Positions 1 to 9,374 of a stretch of 64,000 nucleotides of DNA are shown here, in pieces. The stretch's first letter is position 1; each line of letters begins with the position of its first letter. This stretch comes from a virus (lineage: Duplodnaviria; Caudoviricetes), in IMG/VR virus record IMGVR_UViG_3300006922_000005. One strand, given 5' to 3'. The notes beneath the pieces were generated by a model. The model was not told the DNA's origin and did not search any database. It worked only from the letters and a program-made list of their open reading frames with translations. The translations under genes were made by a program, and so were the position numbers.

Positions 1-869
1 GGATTATCTCCACTCTTTGCTGGTACTTGTTTAGTTTTTCTTGTTGCCGCACCTGCATCTTTTGCATAGTCTGGATCATAACCTTTGTATGTAGGTTCTT
101 CTTTTTCGTCACCCATTGAGTTAGCAAAACCTTCTGCAGTATCTTCGTCTTCGTTTTCAATACCTGCTAAATGTGCTAAACGTTCTTGTTCGCTATAACT
201 CATGTCTGGCTCGCCGTCTTGGTCTAAATCAAAATCTATACCTGTATCTGTTTTTGTAACAACTGCATTATCGTCATCTTCGCAACCACAATCGTCATCG
301 TTGTTAGCGTTAATGTCATCATCTGATTTCATCATTGGAACATTATCTGCATCTGGCATCATATCAGGTGTTACAGTTTTCATTCCTGCAAGTTTCATAA
401 TCTGTGCAATCATCGGTAAGTCTGATTCGCTGTCAGCACTAATAGTAATTGACTCATTAACAGATTCTGCAACATCTGGAATACCATTACCATTTTCGTC
501 TTTCCAATATGATCCTAATTCATCATGTGAATCATTTTTGCAATCACAATCTTTATCGCACTTGTGCATTTCACAACCACAATCTTCGCAAGTATAAGTT
601 TTACCTGCCATTAATTTTTTTACTGCTGGTGGAGCAGTTCTTGATTCTTTAACATCTTCTTTTTTAAGATCGTCTTTGCCTTTACCGTCTATAGCATAAT
701 CCGGAACCATTTTACCTGTCTTAGGATCTTTTACCATCTTCTTTTTTGCCTCTTCGACTGGAGGATTTAATTTCTCTGTATTTTCTAATGCATCTGAATG
801 TACATTAGGATTAACTTTATCTAGATCTCTTAAACGGTCTAGTACGTCGATCATTTCACGTGATGCCAT
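1..869 (-). CDS. Acidic low-complexity protein, probably an internal head protein; runs off the left edge of the window
   Basis: Not in the ORF track; hand-translated. ATG at 869-867 overlaps the upstream TAA (TAATG) and the frame is open to base 1 (MASREMIDVLDRLRDLDKVNP...TCEDCGCEMHKCDKDCDC...MKLAGM...RLAHLAGI...SGDN). Confidence 0.8.
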   Translation of the reverse strand, partial: MASREMIDVLDRLRDLDKVNPNVHSDALENTEKLNPPVEEAKKKMVKDPKTGKMVPDYAIDGKGKDDLKKEDVKESRTAPPAVKKLMAGKTYTCEDCGCEMHKCDKDCDCKNDSHDELGSYWKDENGNGIPDVAESVNESITISADSESDLPMIAQIMKLAGMKTVTPDMMPDADNVPMMKSDDDINANNDDDCGCEDDDNAVVTKTDTGIDFDLDQDGEPDMSYSEQERLAHLAGIENEDEDTAEGFANSMGDEKEEPTYKGYDPDYAKDAGAATRKTKQVPAKSGDN

Positions 870-1378
870 TATTCTGCTCCCTTGTGACGCTCTTTTTGTT
901 CTTTTGCTAACTGTTGTAAAAACGTCTCTTTACCTTTTTCAGTTGCAACTAATTCATCTTTATCCACTTTAGGTGCATCTTTATATTCACCATCTAAAAG
1001 TTTATCTTCATACGGCTTATCTTCATCTCGTTCTGCTTGATATTCTTCTGTTGGTTCACCTGGTTTACGTACACGGATCATATCATCTTGCATATTAAGT
1101 ACGCTTGATAGATACGCTCTAAGTTCGTGCTGTGTAGTTGGATAGTTTACTGTTGTTTCGTATACTGTAACTTCTGTATTAGTTAATTCAGGGAAGTCTA
1201 ATGGAACACTTTGTATTGGTGTTTTCTTACCTGCAGTTAAATTTGCAACATCAAATTTCTTTAATGCTACCTCTAAACTATCTTCAAAATTTTCATCTAA
1301 AACGCCTGCAATTTTAATAACAAAGTCGTATTGCTTTGATGCTTCTGCTAGGTGTTTTTTAAATGTGCCTGCCATCAT
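869..1378 (-). CDS. Hypothetical phage protein
   Basis: 169-aa ORF with GGAG Shine-Dalgarno upstream; stop overlaps the next start. Confidence 0.75.
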   Translation of the reverse strand: MMAGTFKKHLAEASKQYDFVIKIAGVLDENFEDSLEVALKKFDVANLTAGKKTPIQSVPLDFPELTNTEVTVYETTVNYPTTQHELRAYLSSVLNMQDDMIRVRKPGEPTEEYQAERDEDKPYEDKLLDGEYKDAPKVDKDELVATEKGKETFLQQLAKEQKERHKGAE

Positions 1379-1396
1379 ATTCTCCTTTAACTACGT

Positions 1397-1891
1397 TTAT
1401 TTATCTTGATCATTGTTTAAAATCTTATCTAAGATGGCGTTGCGATCCATAACTACATAGCCCTCAGCATCAACTGTGTCTGCATTATCACCTTGTTTTT
1501 GATCAATATTTGCTTTTTTAAGTTGTAATTCAACCATTTTAAGTTTTTTATCAAGTTTTTGACTTTTAGCATCAATAGCATTTTTAAGCATATTACTTGC
1601 TGTTTCAAAAACTCTACCCGCATAACGGGACTCAACATTCATGCCCAAATCCATTAGATCTTCATAACTTTGTTTGGCTTTCTCTGCTAGATCATCTAGT
1701 TCTTTATCTGCTAATTCTCCAAGTCCTTTTACCATGGGTAAAGCGGCAGATATTTTATCAAATTCTGCTATACTCCGCTCAAGGTTGTCAGTTTCTTTTT
1801 TGACCTCAACGACGGCTTTTGGTTCTTCAACCTGCTCCATAGTTTGTTTAACTTCTGGTAGATCTAACAATTCTTCTAATTTCTTTGTCAT
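1397..1891 (-). CDS. Helical protein, putative terminase small subunit (gp16-like)
   Basis: 164-aa helical/coiled-coil protein. GRVFETASNMLK...KLDKKL resembles the RAYEV...LIK segment of T4-like small terminases. Preceded by TAAGTA. Function is inference. Confidence 0.45.
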   Translation of the reverse strand: MTKKLEELLDLPEVKQTMEQVEEPKAVVEVKKETDNLERSIAEFDKISAALPMVKGLGELADKELDDLAEKAKQSYEDLMDLGMNVESRYAGRVFETASNMLKNAIDAKSQKLDKKLKMVELQLKKANIDQKQGDNADTVDAEGYVVMDRNAILDKILNNDQDK

Positions 1892-1899
1892 ATTAATAC

Positions 1900-2346
1900 T
1901 TATCTTCTTTTGCCAGTGTGGAATAAATCTTTTTCAGTAACTACTCTAAATTGGATGCCTTTTTGTTTACAATACTTTGCGGCCGCTTCCCACTTTGCTT
2001 TATTTTTAATATATTGTGCTTGGTTGTAAACACTCTTTCCAACACTTTCTTTTACAGTATGATTTTCTGGTTTAATTTCAATCACTTCTGCTTTAGTTTT
2101 ACCTTTACTGTTTGCATATACAATAAAGAAGTCTGGAACATATATAGTATACTTACCGTCTAAGGGATTTCTATAAGGAATCTTGATACTTTCACTTGCC
2201 CATTTTGCAATAGCAGGATGATCATCGCACATCTTCATAAAGTGCCATTCCCAACTTGATCTATAAGTTGGAGTTTTAGTTCCTATGTATTTTTCTGGGT
2301 TCTTGAGTTCGTACCTACCACGGGCAAAGTTTCCTAATCGTGCCAT
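1900..2346 (-). CDS. gp4: Head completion protein / PD-(D/E)XK nuclease, T4 gp4-like
   Basis: NPEKYIG..YRSSWE..FM..CD.HP....WASE...IPY..P.DGK...Y.PDF...EIKP, the gp4 signature. Confidence 0.85.
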   Translation of the reverse strand: MARLGNFARGRYELKNPEKYIGTKTPTYRSSWEWHFMKMCDDHPAIAKWASESIKIPYRNPLDGKYTIYVPDFFIVYANSKGKTKAEVIEIKPENHTVKESVGKSVYNQAQYIKNKAKWEAAAKYCKQKGIQFRVVTEKDLFHTGKRR

Positions 2347-2732
2347 TATGCAATGATATTCCTCTTAGCCGGGTTATCGCCTGTATCAAGTTTTGCAGTA
2401 CCTAATGCTGAAACATTTATTCTATTGATATTTAAAATTTCACCTAGTACATTATCCAATTGAGTTACTTCTAAACTTCTTAATTGGTCAAGTAATTCAA
2501 ACGGACTAACTTCGTCAAGTTTGCATTGTTTTAAAAAAATAAATGCAACACTTTTTGCCGCTGGTTCTTCCATTCCTCTTTTTAAAAAGAATGCAATGGC
2601 CGCATCACTTTCACTGGCTTTAAATTGTAGTTCTGCCTTGTTGAGTGCATCAAAATATAAAATAGAATCTTCGTTACTATCTTTCTTTTTAATTTGTACA
2701 TCCAATGGTAAGTTTGAAAAAGTTTCTTTCAT
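2346..2732 (-). CDS. Hypothetical phage protein
   Basis: 128-aa ORF whose stop overlaps the gp4 start (TAATG). Confidence 0.7.
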   Translation of the reverse strand: MKETFSNLPLDVQIKKKDSNEDSILYFDALNKAELQFKASESDAAIAFFLKRGMEEPAAKSVAFIFLKQCKLDEVSPFELLDQLRSLEVTQLDNVLGEILNINRINVSALGTAKLDTGDNPAKRNIIA

Positions 2733-2743
2733 TATTTTTCCTA

Positions 2744-4126
2744 TTAGTTTTCTAGTGGAATAACAGTAATGATCAATTGTTCAGCACCACCACCTGGTTC
2801 CCACTCTGCAGGTTTACCGGAATTGATCCAAGCATAATAATCTGTAGTATTTAGGAACTCTGTTTTCCGTCCAGTGTTAGGATCTATAGGATCAACTATT
2901 TTTCCACCAGTAGTTGTGGTACCTTCTCCTGTGTTATTACCTGCGTTTACGCTTTTTTGAATAGTCGTAGTATCTGCAACTTCTTCTTCACCGTCTTGTT
3001 TTGTTAATGCTACTTGTGTTGCTTTAGTATCATTTACTTTATTAAGTCCAAATATTTGAACACTGTCTTCTATAGTATTTGTTATAGCACCTGTTGCAAT
3101 ACTTGATACTTCGTTTTTAATTCCTGCTTTAGTAAGTTGTTTAGCATTGTCTATTGTGTTTTTTGCTTTGATTGCAGTTCCTAGTAATGCTAGTGGATTG
3201 CTTGTTACATTTGGATCTAACAAATCACCAAACACATCAAGTCCACCTGCAACTACACCATTTTGTCCAAATAGTGTGCTACTACCTCCGCCCATGATAC
3301 TTAATGGACTTGGAGATTTATCATAATGTAATTGTGCAAAGCCATCTGGATTATCATTTCCTACTCTACCTTGAGCGTACTTGATACCTTCGTATATTAA
3401 TACCATTTGGTTTTCAGCAGGCTGACTACTTGAAGAATTTAATTGTGGTCCTTGCCAACTTTGAATTATTGGATTAATTAATGTGTACTCAAAAAAGTTA
3501 TGTCTACTTAATTGATATATACTAATTTTGTTAAAGAAGTGTCCTGGAAAATCACTGTTAATACCAAACCCTACTTTTTGACTTTGTATAGGAGATGTTC
3601 TATAAGGACCTGCACCTGATGTATTTCCGGTTGGATCATCGCCTTGTGCGTCTGCACCACCTGGTCTGCTGTAAGTTGGTTGTACTTTCAACTCTTCTGG
3701 AAATACAGAATCAGCATAATAATTTTTAAAATATTGTTGCCACATACCACTAATTAAATTTACATTATCATCATGGAATGTTATATTAATCGGAGTGTAT
3801 TGTACTTGGGTTTGAATATTAGTCTTCTTACCGTATTGATTTTTAGTTTCAGTGTTAAGTGTTACTCCTGGAACTTGACATGCTTTAACTAGCATACCTA
3901 CTTCGATGTTTGGTTCAGATTTTGACCAACCTACAGGGCCACCTGGACTACGTGCCGCGGCCTTATTAATATCAAAATGTACATGATATAAAAATTCAAC
4001 CTTGGGTGCAAGACGCATGTAATCGTCTGTAAACAATCTTGCGGCATGTTTATAATCTTTCATGTCGCCTTCAGAACCAAATATTCCTCCGACTACACTT
4101 CCTAAAAATTTAGTTACTTTGCTCAT
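2744..4126 (-). CDS. Tail-tube-fold baseplate protein (tube initiator/cap, gp48/gp54-like)
   Basis: VKACQVPGVTLNTETKNQYGKK..Q..VQY.PINITFHDD is a tube-protein-like fold; directly downstream of gp19; TAAATA box upstream. Confidence 0.65.
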   Translation of the reverse strand: MSKVTKFLGSVVGGIFGSEGDMKDYKHAARLFTDDYMRLAPKVEFLYHVHFDINKAAARSPGGPVGWSKSEPNIEVGMLVKACQVPGVTLNTETKNQYGKKTNIQTQVQYTPINITFHDDNVNLISGMWQQYFKNYYADSVFPEELKVQPTYSRPGGADAQGDDPTGNTSGAGPYRTSPIQSQKVGFGINSDFPGHFFNKISIYQLSRHNFFEYTLINPIIQSWQGPQLNSSSSQPAENQMVLIYEGIKYAQGRVGNDNPDGFAQLHYDKSPSPLSIMGGGSSTLFGQNGVVAGGLDVFGDLLDPNVTSNPLALLGTAIKAKNTIDNAKQLTKAGIKNEVSSIATGAITNTIEDSVQIFGLNKVNDTKATQVALTKQDGEEEVADTTTIQKSVNAGNNTGEGTTTTGGKIVDPIDPNTGRKTEFLNTTDYYAWINSGKPAEWEPGGGAEQLIITVIPLEN

Positions 4127-4142
4127 ACTATTATTTAGCCAT

Positions 4143-4174
4143 AAAAAAAAGGCCGAGTTTTACCCCGGCCCTTT
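4143..4174 (-). terminator. Rho-independent terminator after the tail tube gene
   Basis: Minus strand GGCCG-GGGTAAAACT-CGGCC followed by T8. Confidence 0.85.
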
Positions 4175-4200
4175 GTAAACAGATGACTACTAATTAGGTA

Positions 4201-4827
4201 TTAGCCTGTTGCTAAAGTTCTAATTGTTCTTCCGATAGCACTACCAATACCGTTTGGCTGACCAGCACCATTAGTTTGGATTGCGTTATCGTATTGCAGT
4301 GACATAGTAATGTCAACTGGATTTGAATCTGAGTATGTTAACTGATTGTAGTTAATGTCTTGTACAAAACAACCAACTAATTCAAATGTCTCAAGTACGC
4401 TTGGTGTGTTAGCACCGTTACCACCGTCTAAGATTTCAATTCTAGTTTTGAATTTGTAATCTATTCCGGAAGCCGCACTCGATTGTTCGAAGAAATCGAA
4501 TTGTTTCTGTAATTGTTGACCTGCACTCTTACTCACAGCGTTGTTTACATCATCACGTAATGTGATTGTAATCGGTTGCCATGTGTGTTTACCAGCATAG
4601 TAAACTTTTGAGTTGTAAACATCAATCGCAATTGATTCGAAGTTTACATTTGGTCTTGTAACATCAATTACCTGTTTTGTTAGTTCAATGTTAGGAGCCC
4701 CAGCACCAAAATTTTCAAGGCTCACTCTAAAGCGATACTTGAGTTTTGGCATCAACAAGCCTTGTGAACTTGCTGATTGGTCACTCGCCAACGGAACTGT
4801 AAATTTGCTTAAACTTGAAATAGCCAT
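4201..4827 (-). CDS. gp19: Tail tube protein
   Basis: PKLKYRFRV...V.RP.V.F...I.VYNSK.YYAGK.TW..IT.T.RDD; follows the sheath gene. Confidence 0.9.
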   Translation of the reverse strand: MAISSLSKFTVPLASDQSASSQGLLMPKLKYRFRVSLENFGAGAPNIELTKQVIDVTRPNVNFESIAIDVYNSKVYYAGKHTWQPITITLRDDVNNAVSKSAGQQLQKQFDFFEQSSAASGIDYKFKTRIEILDGGNGANTPSVLETFELVGCFVQDINYNQLTYSDSNPVDITMSLQYDNAIQTNGAGQPNGIGSAIGRTIRTLATG

Positions 4828-4862
4828 CTAATTTGCTCCTTGTATAGTTTTATTTATCCACA

Positions 4863-7800
4863 TTATTGATTGCCCAAAGTTGCAATTTCACCTGTGTTCT
4901 TTAAGCGTAATGGAATGTATATAAACTCCACACTCTTCACTGGTTCAATTGCTACGTCAACGTATAACTCGTTGCGATCAATTCTTGCAGATGTGTTGTT
5001 AGTGTCATCACATACAACTAGGAAGTCATAAAGTGCTCTTTGACCTACAAGTTCAAGTAATAAACTTTCAGTTGCTTGTTTGATTTCATCACGTGTAATC
5101 TTATCGTTTGGTTCAAACATGAACGGTTTAGCAAGTAGCGTCATTTGACGTCTTAAGTATGCAACTAATCTTGCAACGTTAATTCTATCTAATGAACTTG
5201 CGTTCTTTGCTCTAGTGTGTTGACCAAAGTTAACTAATCCGCTACCAGTAATAAATGTTAGTGGGTTAATTTTAACTCCTGCCATTGTTTCACGTACACC
5301 GTCATTTAATGCAACTGCGTTAAATTCGCCTTCGTTATCAATGTAACCTACACTTGATGCATTACTAATGCCACCACGTCTTGTTCCTGCTGGAGCAAAC
5401 CATGGAAACGATACTGCATCACTTACTGCAATAGTACGTAGCATCATGTGACTTGGTGGAACAACAATGTTCTTACCTGACACATCAGTTGTTAAACCTG
5501 CTGGATAAAACGCCGCCATATACTCATCATATGATACTAAGCCATCTTCTCCGTCTGCACTTGCGCCTGCTGTATTATTACCGTAGTTTTGTAGTGATGT
5601 TGCATTTGGTGCTAATCTAAACGGAGTATCAGCAACAACAAATCCTGTTAAGCCTCTGTCTACGTTTAGTCCAATTAAGTTACTTGCAAGTTCTGGATAT
5701 CCAGGAGCACTTAACAATGTAAAGTTACGTGTTTCTTCATCACGTAGTAACTCATTTGCATCTACTGCACTTTTAAGTCCTGCAACAATAGTTTGACGTT
5801 GTGAATGTCTACCAAACAATCCTGAACCGTCTGCATTAACTGTGTTCCAGCCAATCCAACGTGCAGTTTTATAGTTTGCCATTGCTTCATCGCCAAAGCG
5901 TTTGTTTAGTCCACTGTTTGCTGTTATATCAATTTGATTTGCTACAAATTTCTTAACATTAAAACCTGAACGTCTTGTATTCCATAATAACATACCTCTT
6001 GGGTATAAGTCTGGATCTGGAGCATCTGGATCAACATAGTTTGAACTTAACAACGTTTCAATTGTTGCCGCTGTGTCACCTGTTGCACCACTTGAACCGT
6101 AACGTGCATCTGCAAAAAGAATTCCATCTTCTGTAGTTTGATCTGTTACGTCAATTAATACCCATTCAGTTGCTGAATTATCCCAACGGTAAACTTTTGC
6201 ACCGTATTGGTCAACGTCAGCAGTTGAAATCCAAATATCGCCTTCAACTAAATCACTAGCATCTGACTGTCCACCTGTTTTTAATGGAGCAGTTGCTGAT
6301 ACAATAGGTCCTTTAGGATCAGTTGCACCTGCTAATGGTGTGTAGTTTAAATAACCTACCCACTTGCTTCCATCATGTACCATAATGTCTGCTTCGTCTA
6401 ATGTAGTGTTATACCATAACGTACCATCTGCTGGAGTTGCTGTTGGAGCATTATCACTTGCTTCATATACAAGTGGTTTCCAGTTACTAATGATATGTGA
6501 ATGATTGTCATCTGCGCCTGCTGTGTAATAATTTGCTGTACCTGTTTCAACACCTGCACTTGAACGTGCCCATGCTGTGTAACCTGCACTTGCTAAAATA
6601 CTTGACGCATCTGTAATTTTAATTTCGCCACCTAATGCATGACTAATTGAAAGGTAACCATTACTTACTGTTGCAGTAATGTGTTCAAAGCCTGCCGCAC
6701 TAATTGCTGACGCAACTCCTTCAACTGTCGCTGTTGATACTGTTACAGTTTTAGCAGTTTGATAAACGTTACTACCGTTATCTGTTTCTGCCATTGTAAG
6801 TGTTCCTGTTGCAACAACTGGATTTGCACCTTGTTCAATACCTGTTACGCTAGTTGGTGAACTTGTTACTCTTCTGTATAATTTAAAGTTTACAAGTTTT
6901 TCAACACCTGTTGTACTATCTTCTGATGTTCCTCTACCTGTAATGTTTGCAAGAGCAAATACTGTACCTGCAGGTATAAGTGTTCCACCAGTAGCATCAA
7001 TTGTGTTTACTGCTTCTTCTCTAGTGTTGTAAAGTGGAGCAACTGTTGTTGACCATACACCTAAACTGTCATTCCAAACTTGAACTTTAAGATTAGCACC
7101 TAAGTTTGGTGAAGTAGTTTTCATCCAAACACTTCCGCTTGGTTTAATTCCGCTTCTAGAAGTTCCTGCTACTGTTACAGTATCAGTTGACTTCCATGTT
7201 GGAACATTTGAGTGTTTTGAAATTTGTACAGCCGCACCTGAATAATAAGTTGCTGTAATTCCAGTGTCTGCTTTTAATGTACTTCCTACTAAATCTTCAA
7301 TAACAATAGCACCATCATCTGTAGTACCATCTGAAGTTGAAGTTCCGTCACTGTATATTTCTAAAATGCCTGTGCTTGTAACTTTTGCACCAACACCTGT
7401 TATACTTGCACCGTTAATTGCGTTTGCAAGTGCAGTAACAGTTGTACCTGAAAGTGTAACACTTGTTCCGTTAATTACAAGTCCTTGACCATTTCCTAAT
7501 GTTGGACTTGCTACTGTGCCTTGTATTGTTGGCCAACTTGATGCCCAACTATCTGAAGTAAAAGTTGAATCACCACTTGTTAAAGCGGCAATGTTTGCAC
7601 TAGTTGTTGAACCTACTTTAACCCATGCATTATCTGCATTTTTATAGTAAGCATCGTTTGATGTTCTAGCAGTTACGATTGCGTAATCACCTTTTGCACC
7701 TACGCTTGGTTTTGGATCACCGGAAGATAAATTACTAACAAGTTGTGTAGCGGAGTTAAGAACTAAAGGAATCTTGTTTGTAAATTTTTGTGTTGCTCGG

Positions 7801-8249
7801 TTCCATTCAAATATACCAAATAATGAATCGTTTGTATCTAACCAATATGTGCCATCTGCTGGCGTACCTGCTGGTGCTGATGCAGAACCTTTAAGTTCTC
7901 CTAAGTCAGCATCTGCTCTTACAATGTATGCTCTATTTGCTACACCTAAGAATGAATATGCAGATTGTAGTCCGTATTCATTTAGTTCATTGCCGTGTAA
8001 TGGATTGTTAGATGAATCTGTATAAAACGTTGGATTACCAAACGTTTCTGTTAATTCTCTTTGTGATGTAATTAGGTATGGTGTACCAGCATTAGATTTA
8101 ATTGTTCCTTGTGCTGTTCCTGTACCTGCGCCGTTTGGCTTATTAGCGGCAGTTGCTACGATAATTAGTGGTACCGTTGCGGCCGCGGCTGGCGTATAAA
8201 AACTTTCGTCTATTACGCTAACTTCAACTCCTGGTGATGTAAGTGCCAT
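4863..8249 (-). CDS. gp18: Contractile tail sheath protein, large (1128 aa)
   Basis: N-terminal SPGVEVSVIDES; C-terminal WFAPAGTRRG, INP, RINVARL, FEPND..TR, PVKSVEFIYI. Confidence 0.95.
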   Translation of the reverse strand: MALTSPGVEVSVIDESFYTPAAAATVPLIIVATAANKPNGAGTGTAQGTIKSNAGTPYLITSQRELTETFGNPTFYTDSSNNPLHGNELNEYGLQSAYSFLGVANRAYIVRADADLGELKGSASAPAGTPADGTYWLDTNDSLFGIFEWNRATQKFTNKIPLVLNSATQLVSNLSSGDPKPSVGAKGDYAIVTARTSNDAYYKNADNAWVKVGSTTSANIAALTSGDSTFTSDSWASSWPTIQGTVASPTLGNGQGLVINGTSVTLSGTTVTALANAINGASITGVGAKVTSTGILEIYSDGTSTSDGTTDDGAIVIEDLVGSTLKADTGITATYYSGAAVQISKHSNVPTWKSTDTVTVAGTSRSGIKPSGSVWMKTTSPNLGANLKVQVWNDSLGVWSTTVAPLYNTREEAVNTIDATGGTLIPAGTVFALANITGRGTSEDSTTGVEKLVNFKLYRRVTSSPTSVTGIEQGANPVVATGTLTMAETDNGSNVYQTAKTVTVSTATVEGVASAISAAGFEHITATVSNGYLSISHALGGEIKITDASSILASAGYTAWARSSAGVETGTANYYTAGADDNHSHIISNWKPLVYEASDNAPTATPADGTLWYNTTLDEADIMVHDGSKWVGYLNYTPLAGATDPKGPIVSATAPLKTGGQSDASDLVEGDIWISTADVDQYGAKVYRWDNSATEWVLIDVTDQTTEDGILFADARYGSSGATGDTAATIETLLSSNYVDPDAPDPDLYPRGMLLWNTRRSGFNVKKFVANQIDITANSGLNKRFGDEAMANYKTARWIGWNTVNADGSGLFGRHSQRQTIVAGLKSAVDANELLRDEETRNFTLLSAPGYPELASNLIGLNVDRGLTGFVVADTPFRLAPNATSLQNYGNNTAGASADGEDGLVSYDEYMAAFYPAGLTTDVSGKNIVVPPSHMMLRTIAVSDAVSFPWFAPAGTRRGGISNASSVGYIDNEGEFNAVALNDGVRETMAGVKINPLTFITGSGLVNFGQHTRAKNASSLDRINVARLVAYLRRQMTLLAKPFMFEPNDKITRDEIKQATESLLLELVGQRALYDFLVVCDDTNNTSARIDRNELYVDVAIEPVKSVEFIYIPLRLKNTGEIATLGNQ

Positions 8250-8281
8250 CTTGTTACTCCTTTAAATTAAGTTCTTAAACA

Positions 8282-8352
8282 TATTTAGCCATGTTAGGCA
8301 AATTTGCGGTATTACATATGGCGAAAAAGGTAAGGAAAAGGGCTGGTAAATA
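8282..8352. promoter_or_regulatory. Back-to-back T4-late-type promoters (TAAATA on each strand)
   Basis: tattta at 8282-8287 (minus strand, for the sheath) and taaata at 8347-8352 (plus strand, for the HNH ORF). Confidence 0.65.
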
Positions 8353-8696
8353 TGTATATGACTAGACCTTTATGTAAAACATGCAACCGTAGGCCCTGTG
8401 CAGTCAATTATAAGAAGGCTCGCAAGACCTATTATAGAAGTAAATGCGAACAATGTGCAAGGGGTAGAACACCTACAGTTCCACTATGGCATCAACTTGG
8501 TTATAGACAAAAGGATAAATGCGATAAGTGTGGATTTACAAGTAAGCATGAAGAACAGTTTGCAGTATATCATATTGATGGTAATCTAACAAACTGTCGA
8601 CATAATAATCTTAAAACAGTATGTGCTAATTGTCAACGTGTATTACACAAGGAAGGATTTACTTGGAAGCAAGGTGATTTAACACCCGATTTCTAA
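8352..8696 (+). CDS. Small Cys-rich HNH-motif protein (start may be the ATG at 8358)
   Basis: Several CxxC pairs plus HIDGNLTNCRHNNLKTVCANC, a Zn-binding HNH motif. Confidence 0.75.
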   Translation: MYMTRPLCKTCNRRPCAVNYKKARKTYYRSKCEQCARGRTPTVPLWHQLGYRQKDKCDKCGFTSKHEEQFAVYHIDGNLTNCRHNNLKTVCANCQRVLHKEGFTWKQGDLTPDF

Positions 8697-9309
8697 GGAA
8701 TTCAACAGTACCATTATTTTCAATAGTAGCATCAAAATCAACATTACACCATGCCCATTCTGATATGTGTACTTCAGGATGATTTTCTTCCATCTTATGT
8801 GCAACTACAATATTCTTAGCACCTTTGTTACTATTAACTTGACGCATTTGATGTTGTGCAGTACTCCACCATTCAGGGTCATCTCCACGTTTTACACGCC
8901 AAAGATATCCGCCTATTGAACGTAGCATATTTGCTTCGTTTTCAAAACGCACATCTGGAATTACAAATTTTCCTTGTGGATTATCTAATAGTTGTTTTTT
9001 AACTAAACTAACCCATATGCCATCGTAGAATCCGTTACGCATACAATCAGTTCCAAATAGTTGTAATACTAGTCTTGGTGTAACAGGACTTCCTGTTTCA
9101 GTACTCCAATAAGGATCAACTTTTTCACGCCATGCACGAGAGTCTGGGTTATTGCCTTCAAGCATTTCTCTGTCCCAGCCAAATACACTAGCAACGCCGT
9201 CTTTGAGTTTGTCTGCAAAAGATAGTTTTGTAAATCCCTGTTGTTCAACTAAAAAGTCTGCAACAGTTCCTTTACCTGAACCTATAAGTCCACAAATACC
9301 AATTATCAT
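8659..9309 (-). CDS. Deoxynucleoside monophosphate kinase (T4 gp1-like)
   Basis: MIIGICGLIGSGKGT P-loop, SFADKLK, TPR.VLQ.FGT, IPDVRFENE. Start reassigned to the Met at 9309. Confidence 0.9.
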   Translation of the reverse strand: MIIGICGLIGSGKGTVADFLVEQQGFTKLSFADKLKDGVASVFGWDREMLEGNNPDSRAWREKVDPYWSTETGSPVTPRLVLQLFGTDCMRNGFYDGIWVSLVKKQLLDNPQGKFVIPDVRFENEANMLRSIGGYLWRVKRGDDPEWWSTAQHQMRQVNSNKGAKNIVVAHKMEENHPEVHISEWAWCNVDFDATIENNGTVEFLRNRVLNHLASK

Positions 9310-9338
9310 AAAAGATTCCTTATTAAAAGTATCTCTAA

Positions 9339-9367
9339 ATTGTATAGTCATTGTGTAGGAAAGTCAA
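9339..9367 (-). promoter_or_regulatory. Sigma70-like promoter for the dNMP kinase
   Basis: Minus strand TTGACT-N17-TACAAT. Confidence 0.65.
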
Positions 9368-9374
9368 GTGTTTT

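Noticed and set aside
202-597. Ser-rich plus-strand ORF
   Set aside because: Antisense to the real minus-strand gene 1..869.
5900-7800. Intein or intron explaining the sheath length
   Set aside because: Continuous frame with no intein splice motifs or homing-endonuclease signature.
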